Source of the DNA: a virus
Lineage: Duplodnaviria; Caudoviricetes
IMG/VR virus record: IMGVR_UViG_3300014205_000177
Location: 113,805-177,804 of that record
DNA: 64,000 bases
Direction: 5' to 3' (one strand)
Numbering within the stretch: position 1 is the first letter of the stretch; each line of letters opens with the position of its first letter. The translations under genes and the position numbers were made by a program. The notes under the pieces were generated by a model. The model had not been told where the DNA came from. It saw only the letters and a program-made list of their open reading frames with translations, and did no database searches. Shown here one piece after another: positions 15,001 through 21,517 of the stretch.

Positions 15001-15991
15001 CATTTCTTCCTGTTTGCCTAGATGTTTCTTCTGAAAAGTCTTTTATGTAAGAAGTATATTTTCTTGAACTTTGCACAGAATTGTTATTATTCATTCTCAT
15101 ACTACTAGTAGCAACTGGAGGAGCATGTGTCCTGTGTTCTTTTTCCCCAGAATCTGTAGATACTGGATTTTCTGATGTATTTACTGGTGTTATTTTATCT
15201 TTTTTAACTTTATTAGTTTGTATTACTCTTTCTGAGGAAACAGTACCTACCATTTGAGCATATTCGTTTAATTTTTTCTTCAATTTTTTATCTTGTTCTA
15301 AAAACTTATTTAAAATACTATCAGATGCACTAAAATCAGGACCAGCTACTGGTGATACTGAACTTCCAGATTTTTGTGTTTTTTGTTGGGTGTTTGATTC
15401 TCCAGATGCAAATTTTTCAAAAACTTTAAGTCTATTATTGATAGATTCAATATTTGATGAAGAATTATTATTTAAAGCTACTTGTTCTGATAATTTATTA
15501 ATGGCAGTCATAACGGCTACTTGTTGCTGAGAAATAGCAACCATTTCGGCTCTTGAATCTGGGATATTAGTAACAGCTTGAGTTATTTTGCTTAGTTCAG
15601 GTTTTAAATTACTATTTGCGATATTAATTTTCATTGATTCGGCAATGTCTTTAATCGGGAATGATTCTGGACTTTGTGATTTTAATCCATTATTCATTTC
15701 ATTAAATGATGTGATTGTACTTTTCATACTATGAATTGCATTTGACATTTCTTCAAAATTTATAGAACTAAATTTCTTTTCTAATTTTGAACTTTCTGTA
15801 AACATTTTTTCAGCAGCTTTTAGGCGTGAATTTATTTGATTAAGGATACTATTTTCTCCAGAATCACTTAATTTACTTTCTAATGTAGTAACCTTATCTA
15901 TGAAATCTGATGTATTACCCTGGTCTACTTCAAGACCAAGTTTTATTAACCAGTTTTCCTGTTGCATTCCACCACTTTTATCTTCTGCCAT
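1..15991 (-). CDS. Giant tape measure protein, at least 5330 aa, 3' end outside window
   Basis: ATG at 15991 (MAEDKSGGMQQENWLIKLGLEV); frame open wherever translated by hand, including near base 1; absent from the ORF track, consistent with no stop in the window. TP901-type TMP core at about 6780-7650 (SYETALVNVNKV...LSDAVKQAGTSA...LQNLGVAVYNVDGGFRD); follows tail chaperone genes. Confidence 0.88.
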   Translation of the reverse strand, partial: MAEDKSGGMQQENWLIKLGLEVDQGNTSDFIDKVTTLESKLSDSGENSILNQINSRLKAAEKMFTESSKLEKKFSSINFEEMSNAIHSMKSTITSFNEMNNGLKSQSPESFPIKDIAESMKINIANSNLKPELSKITQAVTNIPDSRAEMVAISQQQVAVMTAINKLSEQVALNNNSSSNIESINNRLKVFEKFASGESNTQQKTQKSGSSVSPVAGPDFSASDSILNKFLEQDKKLKKKLNEYAQMVGTVSSERVIQTNKVKKDKITPVNTSENPVSTDSGEKEHRTHAPPVATSSMRMNNNNSVQSSRKYTSYIKDFSEETSRQTGRNVKVINGGKFSENEVGRVEHSGQNSNIYIKPGLSQEGELLVGVHENVHTRAAYKGTGLENLAQKEPKTANININEIATQIASLIEVKKSGLKLDKNSKNNLKNELSSNIESYGMGARGSANLASSLVSNILIKSKDFSNVSSDIDKALNIEDKNLSKKQESLRSGILKFIESQGIQSERAIQNYAKMIRASVSQYFSNSSPMSFGSFGSDKRLINRDFQKGALNAASSSRYLEKQFFPSQTSVMKELFGKRFKWDERKEGEDEQSYISKHIGRMPISTRVYDEKTDSMKQVQKPLSEHSLAVQADVNNEIGMALHSLNVSSSNPVVTRGKQGAPEAFKNLRAYIRQAKMGNFKEKASDSEFNENAINEVAVDDGMPIELRKEYEKVLETKKITKEQRKLFKDYGATDKNIDDYLNKKLKVSEGKKHNNIKIGFFDLKASSQDSMEEHFNDIINSQQGSDTSQKNIEKMKSEYRKIVMDYFKNNNIKDRNGVTLSEPQKIKIIEESWRAFNQDNEFNKKSSSPSTAMLLEMLNTENGPMSIITNNYRGGFSGNKSLSDKSSDELRNVGRESIALRKGGTQRTSSNINKIMEDMGLSYVQSGQISEGLSALSNFSKIKGLSSDSKNKNAISEIWKTSIVGLVGDDNTSGSLKDVSGNKEEKVNLLRSLIQDINKNKLNKKVLNEMVNESNIDKLIEYLIAIKNSNIQRASLKGAVLSDNVNKGLFPDLFHTSSMTVKSSKKSAMLSGYGLTLADFKGLTGLVNSIEDYKNGVNTENSEYSSIQQNLVDYDNIKSSLSKPENSSKRQQDKLKKQLKESESKIHPLIRKLTHGLHKEHPEAVPSMQSGANILFGDDSVLNSVKEITTYADAKSEVSSFDEFIKKRKELFAKLKDVKSEQEKTPIYKDIYNLEEEHLGNNEFYKDSISQRKEALKTLGMKFPGMSEQEIARYAKTREIAKSEINEGLESKDRMNAVHEKNIAQNLIRQSRESVREHSNDITQFIQNSVGFSNYKIKTWETEDGQEHEKDVSVPGPMLEAMGRNLSTAVNKRVRKNSNIGNYETITGPKNGNWGGLFDKESVITPETIASGQEILNQYHDRIEPGSLVRKSNISENKEYLKLISIIENLLAKSNLNLSGETAFRKLAGGDSPDHKYSPEVMGLASGATSSMFAGYTDSSPIGLAVENLIGMIGDISTTKKNQFESIGRDSKFPIPATESVLFNPQNLSSISNHSNKYFDNDIGTKKAQFSLSGREIKNSIVKFLVDKIGYSDENEKVSQEKDISRYLKGNEDYSPEGVIKAIEDGIGSKLRPEFGTKEFLNDKNYQDKLSSHMEIESAYKEAKNNAGAQELAGRLFGKGNALEKAHEEIMSKDGIVKYGNKKFDIKDTKYVESGDNISVLADFLKNKISPNIGSGVEKLGDVGIVLSGLDLEKKDFGSLGKFKVNENIIKDFEAYNKNLDKKGNTIDKDIEAKTKYSYNALKTVYQLVQDYEFRGGNITEEESKTLNESLNIISSSSNDTDSVLKGILQTAKKYDPEYKKIVSQIKEKEKLFKKTLPASSERLKVSKDIAKLESKKGSLDNLYENVFPSFMKEGMSVSTRLLGRNYSAVQMHGNMDSIKDLILANTPKGMPKKEIEAFSKIIESSQSLIQLAGGGNVENPEALLQGMIDIVSGKNNIMSGVNADNFAAFGANLHRPDGEKFETIKDFIKQRKKKTEGYESPFNQDNIKGHQNPQEQVNYIQYLLNSKKNLLNNVFGNENGLEKFNKITSNSNMSILDYNDIENGLKEYQESKLELGNIPQDIKPLDITHASILKKMNNLKSTKTYQNALSKNGKTEASLLSKKEKESIQEMEELNLQRMEVEGKKDKFNNRDSVEKRISALREKFSYYGLDNESLDKVSSSKENTDSFMTVLRHNNGERQNLEKPIPDEKKLEEVKIASEEKLSIKKQIKKRKEQIDKRIEELDNEKVITDKEVIPDKEVIPSSQMDAAILAKKMKEKAVTKAGEAISESTPVTNGQFSGLNKIENVLLQIERGVLNLSTIVSKSISNMSKVTDNMISLVKFIIDSGKGVNNQKLNLPNIEETSLPSSSDLEAANAENASSNSRLAALKVEQQSNNLNNKDSLSGKNNGRGKKIKVEAETPEIPTNVPPIRPKVGETSGPSYKDGDISVNIAEVQKAVREDIRQRIKMFEKYFQTVSSKALYKNDAQSMAEIGLIKEGKTAIVADVGYKVQEKMPSSPEGQQVFKEVLKPILKESQPITAVDVTKDRLQKTKSETNEEYSKRLLTYALTMSVEKDSRREAIMKNIVSKINKKEEEKLSLSDAEEIKIVNPKKVKKNGEFETETVKISAYEATVRDLRDAPGTSNPEHIASVTKGVLLSHIENENKKRTAKNLPKIESFPAAALMSSTQASKISKEYDSTMSKNYRQEQSQGKLVNSVINRVVLYGGLSYAFYGMTNKIAEATKVMASYETALVNVNKVMDPMMTSTERLSDSAKKMSSIYGTNIIEVVDSMAVFAQQGKSTSDVITLTNASLLASNVAGFKATEATEALTAATRQFGIEDSKTLSIIDSWTEVGARTAVTSKNLSDAVKQAGTSARVSGMSFHEFNGIVSAVGSATRDTGNSLGNSFKYILSHLRVEESITALQNLGVAVYNVDGGFRDSFTIMQDLASKWTTLSTVQKENAAVTIAGARRYNTMMVLMDQWDEVLQAAKMSEDSTGSAMQKNMLIMDTYAKKVEVMKASVDSFYAKVGESGGKSILTYFSNTLTNIFGILNSMPSGIAGLAAVGGTVFGAGTAIARTISYSGADRWINHKTEESRIAKITAKEVSSYLKKDYTGKTRALYNPAMYDYQYNKLQKMESSDENEIIKKIMVSHYGEKGVSRFSEEERKTVEGKVRTQFNSQIDKTTQNAIIQKEPGQIPIKISEFVKQNMVAMMAAGVGLKVFAQTFEDKESISGRSLTGDTLNTLGSGAAIAPMALMAGQKVSNMVGGKGGKFAGGAVGLTIAGLTMASDIKDLINNISEYWSGSDRKTVAMIEKESSKIKSITSSISTYEKLTGKQEKGEILTTLENSNLKNATSILMRANPESVVFKNGFPSLSEEFVSKMSQEGEIREKRKDELRMNLAYKKAFMTDGGIFGKTAISSISENLAEERDRAKELTDTRKILVGKMDSSTSESNKVYYQSKIYNLDAALDEVYGRMEEAKTKAEKVFEPFIDLFNETGRQISSDARERGSRVFNNDTVDERFVKTRESYIKTFGKDKYVETSFNAIKDTAESGRSLNPHKDALQMAKDTNKMFLLLNDGYQKVGDNVKKFKIVVQDVYTNQQKTIGFDTERGLNKTQVLKRAKEEIKKQFGGIYDDKKEFILSTTEISDEMFDLPMTSVKQFATTAKSSFQEIINDYTRLERKIFKPLDFQKMSILTPKDSDSELDSRFASFNDFGSNYSKLMGDTSTFDIKDYKKLSNEESNRDYFAEINSRLAEISNNENSGIAGLMENSIYMSKFKSGFDIKAIKMVNTLVNQESRKKMSAAELSSLGEESPENLTSAELMKKELNDLFKGTGVSVEHLISKYGDDPEKLRKELTKFTNIGKERYSKSSGISDSEKENEKKIIDLVSKTAGVQTSTRESLGFYKEKRKREILLKTGDYTESDAAMVDSEVITKSAEITKNIFSSVKKIKEKAISDFSKAIESDQVEVDNNKFKRDNKLTSETERKSLSDIIVSQEKSINESKSRQKAYIDLLNMLEENTAKINPVDENTSLIIRNSKSKAIREASKGNLLGGYTGSEENNLLINLAQIKNLEAAKKIEDDKIAGIKAKGEDITPLEKIMLRQAEINSKSFSDALSPILNNTKEINNKVGDMRAQREQTQRKLATEFFVNKMMGSERTLSSQVELSKGGLSDAFELSKRITNALEENSFYGKGGMSQEFFSLMKEFGDTEKEIGKSGDPGYMKNWLLASPQEQAIASFIESQKESGISLQEIFSDTGMKEYAKDHSLIGSLMDKMVRQEESSKLVESQSKLSNILLHLANIAERLVSKVGKESETGKNLDSGAKNAISSANSLNNPYLSGVIKAQKIWKESKKGNTSADVITPAESREINYNVISRVAPTSERVENNSNSSRSNALGLATLGIPLAVMPKQTFANIGKSIKKFFTPNDMYKGKIGERTSSVAESVFGHIPEIKLQKNMQEDANGTFNSLTKEINIRRGLSSKESVRYANHEVNHSIMDYLSNRNNKKFRYIGDTVVDELSTSAAAHALDNKYSKGRINLDSYFTPVSKSGSGKLHKNIYKSIDYALESSGNSPHARIKTISDIMGGKNGYGPLAKIIGENFTFKEGGELIGEKLPKVSKTLKDYADEIEIRQEPPTPVSRKRKLDEESRKIRNRRKPKEKIEEPVRVETSGERSRRIARERMSNKGIPFEPAVKPSFGDNFQKTGSSFISGMAAYYYGKDAAEDFKKGDSKSIISGIGKSAVSGSFLYEALSKSPKSSIATAAASIMYAGSSAYNNFAKTNNYKDIPMALGDTAVESLPLLAFNSKIRGWGGKLASYAGDKTGITKLATPYISKAIEKSPSWMKSPMKLARGINKIGAMNPKGSLIGMGLSMTAPLTSYAAERITGREDIGDAVGMASHLAFLGLDPSMAIMSGGINATQDMLGSEGYFRSKKHDIDGFSQKENENYKKSVGLTDWEYNSRNNGISRYINKSGMLKGGGIVSEILDRSATAISQADKYLTGGYVSKRLGSKANQIEKKEEQNNIYNMVKTHKNTTNDPSKRDSLIHYDGENKRREREIDKNSIAKVMDLAKSMGATEELPQDTQASILQESSMYKGKGKTLEERSNIFRIFRERILEAKRESLKREYESKNNKASLALRVISPIAAISHLWSDEKKDEIAPNKANFAIKKAIDLAKRTGIENDNKQIETLLSDKNVNSEYNNQLDKKFNDKKAGLEKDASTSKKSYRDYFNSIIDDGTEPSEESYNNPSELSRKVTSEEYSKLMEKHRKMKDDEDKVKELTPES

Positions 15992-15996
15992 AACCT

Positions 15997-16890
15997 TTAC
16001 ACCCTAACTTTGTATGGAGTATTTATGTTTACATTTTCTCCGTTATTTTTTTCACCACCAGAACTATTCATTTTGTTTATTTTTCTTATCCAATCAAATA
16101 GTTTTTCATCATCGTTCAAAACCTCGTCAGGAGGTGGATTTTTATATTCAAATATATTATCATAAAAATCAGTCCAATAACACAAATTTATTTTATTTTT
16201 ATCCCAAGAAGAACTGCTTCCTTCAAAAACAGGAGTACCTGTTTTTTTAGATGCATTCCATCTCTTTCTCCATCCATTGTTCCTTGCAACTGCTCTTATT
16301 TTTATAACTGGTATTCCCATTAAAAGATTTATAAAATTCTTTTTTGATTCTGTTATTAATTTTATATTATCTTCTTTACAGAAATCAGAATATGAATTCC
16401 AATATTTAGTATTTAATTCTAATCCACATAATAAACATTGAGATAGTATATAATTAGTTTTACAATCTTCTACTAAATACTCTATTGTATTAGTCATCAT
16501 AGAAGCTTCTTTATTTTCCATAATTCTTAATTGATTAAAATAATTTTCTATTTGAGAATTTATTTGATTAATTTGAAATTCAGAATTTGTTATTCTTTTA
16601 GTTTCATTTAAAGAACTTATTTGTTTTTCCAAGAAATCCATAATATTATAAAAATTATTACTTAATATACATTTTTTAATAAGTAAATCTTTCATTTGTT
16701 CTCTTGTTGGAATGCATTTTTTTTCTAATTCTTTCTTTTTCCTCCAAGATATTATCCTTGAATTATCTATTTCTAGTGTTGTTGGATGTCTTACGGCAAA
16801 GACGTTATCCATATAAATAAAAATCTTCTTGCCTACTATTATTTCAGCAAGAAGTTCTTCTAATTCATTATCTGTAAGTTTAAGGAACAT
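15997..16890 (-). CDS. Putative tail assembly chaperone, T-like part
   Basis: 297 aa ORF directly upstream of the TMP; assigned by position. Confidence 0.5.
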   Translation of the reverse strand: MFLKLTDNELEELLAEIIVGKKIFIYMDNVFAVRHPTTLEIDNSRIISWRKKKELEKKCIPTREQMKDLLIKKCILSNNFYNIMDFLEKQISSLNETKRITNSEFQINQINSQIENYFNQLRIMENKEASMMTNTIEYLVEDCKTNYILSQCLLCGLELNTKYWNSYSDFCKEDNIKLITESKKNFINLLMGIPVIKIRAVARNNGWRKRWNASKKTGTPVFEGSSSSWDKNKINLCYWTDFYDNIFEYKNPPPDEVLNDDEKLFDWIRKINKMNSSGGEKNNGENVNINTPYKVRV

Positions 16891-16891
16891 A

Positions 16892-17560
16892 TTACCCCTT
16901 TTTTTCAGTACTTACAGCAGTCTCCGTTTTCAATGGCTCTTCTTTTATAACAACTTCTTCTTTTTTTTCTGGTTTTTCAGATACTTTATTTTCTGGCAAT
17001 TGCTCAATAAAATCAGATGGTAAACCATTAGTGAAGGTCATATATTCATAAGTAGCCCTAAAAACAATATTTCCATCAGTTTCATTCATAAAATCTTCGA
17101 TATTTCTCCATACTTTTGCTCCATTTTTTGCAAACTCAGTAACCTGAGAAACTATAGAATCACGTTGAGCATTAGAAGCTTTAGCCTCTGCTGAATGAGC
17201 AAGGAGTCTTGACCTCTCTTGACGCATCTCAAAAAGTTTTGCTCTTGCATCCTTTAATCTATCTGCAACTTCTTGTTTGTTTTCACTTGGAGTGTTTTCT
17301 AATTCTTCTTCTAAAGAAGATACAAGTTCACCCTGCTCTTCTCTCTGTAGGTCTTTTTCTTCACTTAAAATACCCCTTTTACGAAGAGCACTTTCAAGTG
17401 TTTCTTGAGGCAAAAGTCCTGCAATAACAGAATTTGTAAAAGCTCTTGAATATTCCATATCAGAAATTTCAATTTCTTGATTATTAGGTCTTCTGGTAGA
17501 GATTTTTACTGATTCACCGTTTTGTTTTACTACATCAAAAACTCTTTTTTCAATATTCAT
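16892..17560 (-). CDS. Putative tail assembly chaperone, G-like part
   Basis: 222 aa; GGAG RBS; lies between tail tube and TMP; ends in A7G4-TAA. Confidence 0.5.
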   Translation of the reverse strand: MNIEKRVFDVVKQNGESVKISTRRPNNQEIEISDMEYSRAFTNSVIAGLLPQETLESALRKRGILSEEKDLQREEQGELVSSLEEELENTPSENKQEVADRLKDARAKLFEMRQERSRLLAHSAEAKASNAQRDSIVSQVTEFAKNGAKVWRNIEDFMNETDGNIVFRATYEYMTFTNGLPSDFIEQLPENKVSEKPEKKEEVVIKEEPLKTETAVSTEKKG

Positions 17561-17572
17561 ATTTCTTCTCCT

Positions 17573-17893
17573 TTATTTATCCCTTACCTTATAAGGCGTT
17601 TGAATGTCTTTAGTTTCAACTATTATATCAAATTCTTTTTGAATAAAATATTTTGACATAATTGTTGGTACTATTCTCAACTTGTCATTACCGCACCTTA
17701 AAATTCTGGCACGTAATCCTTTAAATTCTGCTTCGTTAGAGCTGCCATCTTCCCTTACATGAGGAAATCTATTTGAAATAATATTCAGAATTTCCCCAAA
17801 ATAAGAATTAAAAAGGGTAGAGATTTCATCTACTAAAAGACTATTATCTCTACCCGTTTGTTTTTCTTCAGCTCCCTTACCTTTATTATCCAT
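17573..17893 (-). CDS. Hypothetical protein
   Basis: 106 aa ORF with AAGGA RBS in the tail operon. Confidence 0.7.
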   Translation of the reverse strand: MDNKGKGAEEKQTGRDNSLLVDEISTLFNSYFGEILNIISNRFPHVREDGSSNEAEFKGLRARILRCGNDKLRIVPTIMSKYFIQKEFDIIVETKDIQTPYKVRDK

Positions 17894-17918
17894 TCCTTTT
17901 ATCCTTATTTATTTGCTG

Positions 17919-18824
17919 TTATGCATTCACCGCATTTGGTGTCAATGGAATCCACAAGTCAGATGCAGTATAATTGAACGTATATGTCAAATATCCGCCA
18001 ACATTAATACTTTCAGTTTCTTGTGTCTTTGATAGTCCACTTGCCATTACCAACAGTTTAGAAGAGTTAGCAAATGCTACTCCTGGGTCTGTTGCATATC
18101 CAGTTCTGTTTGAGTGACTGCTTCCTCCAGCAAGTTTTACTCCAATAGAAGTAAGATTACCAGCTGCTGCAATTACAGAAGATTTGTCAAACACTTCCAA
18201 ATTGACAGTAATATCAATAGGATATGTTGTAACAAACTGGATTGGGTTAGAACTACGGATGTCCATGATGTTGTTTTTGTTGATATTCGCAGAATAATTA
18301 ATACTTTGAACTCCAGAAGGAAGAATTGAAACACCTTCGGCATTTACAATATTCACTCCTGAGCCATCAGAACCCATTACTACTGCAAATACGGATTCTT
18401 CTCCGTCTACCAATACATCTGGAGCTTGAGCGGCTGCCACAAGGGCACTGCCAAGACCAGCGGTAAGATATCCGAACTTCAAAGTAGCTGGATTACCAGC
18501 TTGGAAACCAACAGAACAAGAATTAAGAACATATGACTCTGTACCTACAATCATTTCCTGTTCAGCATGTTTGTATACACCGGTATTAACGGTGGACTCA
18601 ACAGCTTGTTCAGTAAGAATGCAGTCCAAAGACAATTCTGTGGTAATTTGACCACTAGAAAAGTCAACAACCCCACGATAACCTACGGCTTGATGCGGAT
18701 TACGAGGAGTATTTCTTGTGATGTTGATTGTCTGAAGAGCATTTCCACCCCACGCTTCTGAATTATTGATTTTATCCATAATACCAGCGTTGAAGTCAAT
18801 GCCATGATGTTGAATTACAGACAT
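17919..18824 (-). CDS. Putative major tail tube protein
   Basis: 301 aa, beta-rich, strong GAGGT RBS, typical position. Confidence 0.6.
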   Translation of the reverse strand: MSVIQHHGIDFNAGIMDKINNSEAWGGNALQTINITRNTPRNPHQAVGYRGVVDFSSGQITTELSLDCILTEQAVESTVNTGVYKHAEQEMIVGTESYVLNSCSVGFQAGNPATLKFGYLTAGLGSALVAAAQAPDVLVDGEESVFAVVMGSDGSGVNIVNAEGVSILPSGVQSINYSANINKNNIMDIRSSNPIQFVTTYPIDITVNLEVFDKSSVIAAAGNLTSIGVKLAGGSSHSNRTGYATDPGVAFANSSKLLVMASGLSKTQETESINVGGYLTYTFNYTASDLWIPLTPNAVNA

Positions 18825-18962
18825 ATTTACACCTCTTTTTTTGTTTGTTTTTACCCGTTTTGTATCAACGTGATGGGGTTGTCAATACATATTCGGAACT
18901 ATTATTTAGCTAATGCTAAATTCCTATTATATAATATGTGTTTAAATATAAAAAAACACAAT

Positions 18963-19715
18963 TTAATATATTATTGTTATAAATCCATCAACTCTAGCCC
19001 TATATTTCATCTTTTTAGAGAATAAAACATCATTAAAAACTTTTCCACTAGGGTTTCCCTTGTCCTTTATGTGGAAAAGAAAATTATCTGATAATGAAAA
19101 ATTTGTGTTAATAGTTCCATCATTATTTAAAATCATTCCTGAAGTAAAATCCATTAAAGGCATCCACTCGCATTTTATTAAATATTGTAAACCATTTTTA
19201 ATGTTTCTTCTTATATTATCGTTTGAAGCAAATATATCTATATAATATAATATACTCCAAAAATTTTCGTTAGACCCTACTGCATATCCTCTGTAAGGTT
19301 CACTATCTTTAATATCTATTGATATAATTGGAACATTTACACTATCAAAAACTTCATCTTCTGGGAAAGAATCTCTAACCTCTACTGTTAAATATTTATA
19401 ATAAATTATTACATTATCTATAGTAGAATTAAATTTAATTTCTTTTGTATAGTAATTTATAGAATAGGATGAAGATGATACTATTACCCCATTGCTTTTA
19501 ACTATTACAGATGTCTCTATTTCACCATCTCCATTTATAATAATAATCTTTTCGTTACATATTGAATAAGTTTGATTAATTAATACCCTACCAATATTAT
19601 TTTGACCATCTGAAATGTAACCCATTTTAGGAAGTAAAACATTTTCAATCCAATATATAAATGATTGATTTACATTGTATTCCATGTTTAATTTTATTTT
19701 TCCATCCATAATCAA
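18963..19715 (-). CDS. Putative tail terminator/completion protein
   Basis: VPIISIDI...YYIDIFAS pattern; upstream of tail tube. Confidence 0.45.
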   Translation of the reverse strand: MIMDGKIKLNMEYNVNQSFIYWIENVLLPKMGYISDGQNNIGRVLINQTYSICNEKIIIINGDGEIETSVIVKSNGVIVSSSSYSINYYTKEIKFNSTIDNVIIYYKYLTVEVRDSFPEDEVFDSVNVPIISIDIKDSEPYRGYAVGSNENFWSILYYIDIFASNDNIRRNIKNGLQYLIKCEWMPLMDFTSGMILNNDGTINTNFSLSDNFLFHIKDKGNPSGKVFNDVLFSKKMKYRARVDGFITIIY

Positions 19716-20392
19716 CCCTTAGTAAAAATTTTTATAAATGCTGTATTTATTACCTTTTGAAAAAAATCTCTATTTAGTTTTACATCTTTAATAATCAAAT
19801 TTTGCATTGTTGTTAAATATCTTTGAGGAACTATTCCCTTATGTGGTTTTAGATGAAATCTACTCCAAAATTCACTTGTTATATCTACCATATAACCTTC
19901 TCCAAATCTTCCTGATAAAAATAAATTATCACCAAATATTTTTTCCAACAAAGACCTATTAACAAATCCTTTAACTGAACTCCCACCTACTCTCATTCCT
20001 GGTGCTCCTATTTCATGAAGAATCCACCATCCATGACCTGTATTAGAATCACCATGCATTGGTAGAAGGTTATCAAGCATTGATAAATCCATGATATTAA
20101 ACATACCTATATTTCCATTTTCATAGAATTTACTAGCATTTATTGCTAATTCATAAGCTGATTTTAAAGTAACCTCTTCTGGGTGCTGTTCTTTCCATAC
20201 TTCATCAAAATCTTTTTGCGCTACATTATTTATCATTTGCTCCATTCTATATTTACATAGAGCTCCAAAATGATAATAAAACGATTTTCTTATCTCTAAC
20301 TTTATTTTAGCTGGAGTTAATTTTAATATTTCATCTTTAGTTATCTTTTTAATGAGAGTACCATTTTTATATAAAGTCATAACTAATTTCAT
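19712..20392 (-). CDS. Putative neck/tail completion protein
   Basis: 226 aa; WWILHEIGA...HKGIVPQRYL pattern; position. Confidence 0.4.
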   Translation of the reverse strand: MKLVMTLYKNGTLIKKITKDEILKLTPAKIKLEIRKSFYYHFGALCKYRMEQMINNVAQKDFDEVWKEQHPEEVTLKSAYELAINASKFYENGNIGMFNIMDLSMLDNLLPMHGDSNTGHGWWILHEIGAPGMRVGGSSVKGFVNRSLLEKIFGDNLFLSGRFGEGYMVDITSEFWSRFHLKPHKGIVPQRYLTTMQNLIIKDVKLNRDFFQKVINTAFIKIFTKG

Positions 20393-20393
20393 T

Positions 20394-20885
20394 TTAATCC
20401 TCGTTTATTGTTGTATATCCAATAGCTACAACATCGTCTTTCAAACCTCTCCTTATTATAGACATTAAAGACGTTTGATTACCATCTATAATTATTTTTT
20501 TTGCAGATTTTATATCGTTATAATTAGCAACTAAAGTCTTTATTCTAAAAAAACCTATATTTATTAAACCAGCTGGAACAAATTCTTTCTGTCTTGATTT
20601 TGAATCTGGCTCAATCCATTTAGCTACTGCCTGGATTGTTTTTTGTGTTTCTATTATTATTTTACCTCTACCGTTACATACTGGGCAAATAGCACCTGTA
20701 AAAGATGATGGACCAGTTCCATTGTATTGACCAGAACTACTCTTATTTTTGTGGTCATAAAAACAATTATTACAAAAACCACCATCCTCTTCATTAACTA
20801 ATATTATACTTTTACTTAAATCTCTGATTAAAGCTTCTGTATACTTCTTATAAAGTTTAACATGTTTTTGTTTTATTAATGACAT
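20394..20885 (-). CDS. Putative head closure protein with Cys pairs
   Basis: CNNC...CPVCNGRG; position in neck module. Confidence 0.45.
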   Translation of the reverse strand: MSLIKQKHVKLYKKYTEALIRDLSKSIILVNEEDGGFCNNCFYDHKNKSSSGQYNGTGPSSFTGAICPVCNGRGKIIIETQKTIQAVAKWIEPDSKSRQKEFVPAGLINIGFFRIKTLVANYNDIKSAKKIIIDGNQTSLMSIIRRGLKDDVVAIGYTTINED

Positions 20886-20887
20886 TA

Positions 20888-21517
20888 TTATTCTGCAAAG
20901 CAGACTCCTGAAAATTTATTTGTTTTTACGGTCTTTAATAATTCATTCCATTCTTTAAGAACTGTAGAATAACCTTTAATAGCTTCTGATGATGCAACTG
21001 AAGTATTAATTACAGTATCACCGTCTCTAATCATAATAGCATCTCCAGTACTAGATAAAAGATTAATACCTGATAAATTAATAACACTACCTCTTACAAA
21101 TAATGATATAATGTTTTTGTCAATTACTTGTTCTGTAACTGTTGGTTTTGTTTCATCAGAACCAAATTCGAAATCTTTATTTAAAAGAGGTTCTACTACA
21201 TTAGATATTGTATCACCTATTATTGCCAAAATATCTTCATCGCTATATTTAACTATTGAATATTTAATAGATACTGAAGAACCAGCATCTATCATATACA
21301 CCATCTTTATAATATTTTTATCTACTTCATAAAAATCAGGAGATACCATTCCTTCATCTATTATAAGTTCATCTTCATATATTGTAGCATATCCCTCTTC
21401 CTCAAGGGTTATATAAAAAGAACTTTTTGGGAATGACTCTGTTTCCTCTAAAACTGTTACAGGATTATCGTCTATGCTTCTTCTAACTTGACTTATTAGT
21501 GTAGAATAATCAAACAT
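20888..21517 (-). CDS. Putative head-tail adaptor
   Basis: LISQVRRSIDD...YSDEDI pattern; ATG 21517 has a GGAG RBS and overlaps the upstream stop. Confidence 0.5.
   Translation of the reverse strand: MFDYSTLISQVRRSIDDNPVTVLEETESFPKSSFYITLEEEGYATIYEDELIIDEGMVSPDFYEVDKNIIKMVYMIDAGSSVSIKYSIVKYSDEDILAIIGDTISNVVEPLLNKDFEFGSDETKPTVTEQVIDKNIISLFVRGSVINLSGINLLSSTGDAIMIRDGDTVINTSVASSEAIKGYSTVLKEWNELLKTVKTNKFSGVCFAE

Noticed and set aside
7700-15991. Virion RNA polymerase inside the giant ORF
   Set aside because: No catalytic DxDGD motif noticed by eye; a profile search is needed to exclude it fully
1200-16250. Many plus-strand ORFs in the ORF track
   Set aside because: Antisense shadows of the giant minus-strand gene and its neighbour; Ser/Leu/Phe-rich and without RBS
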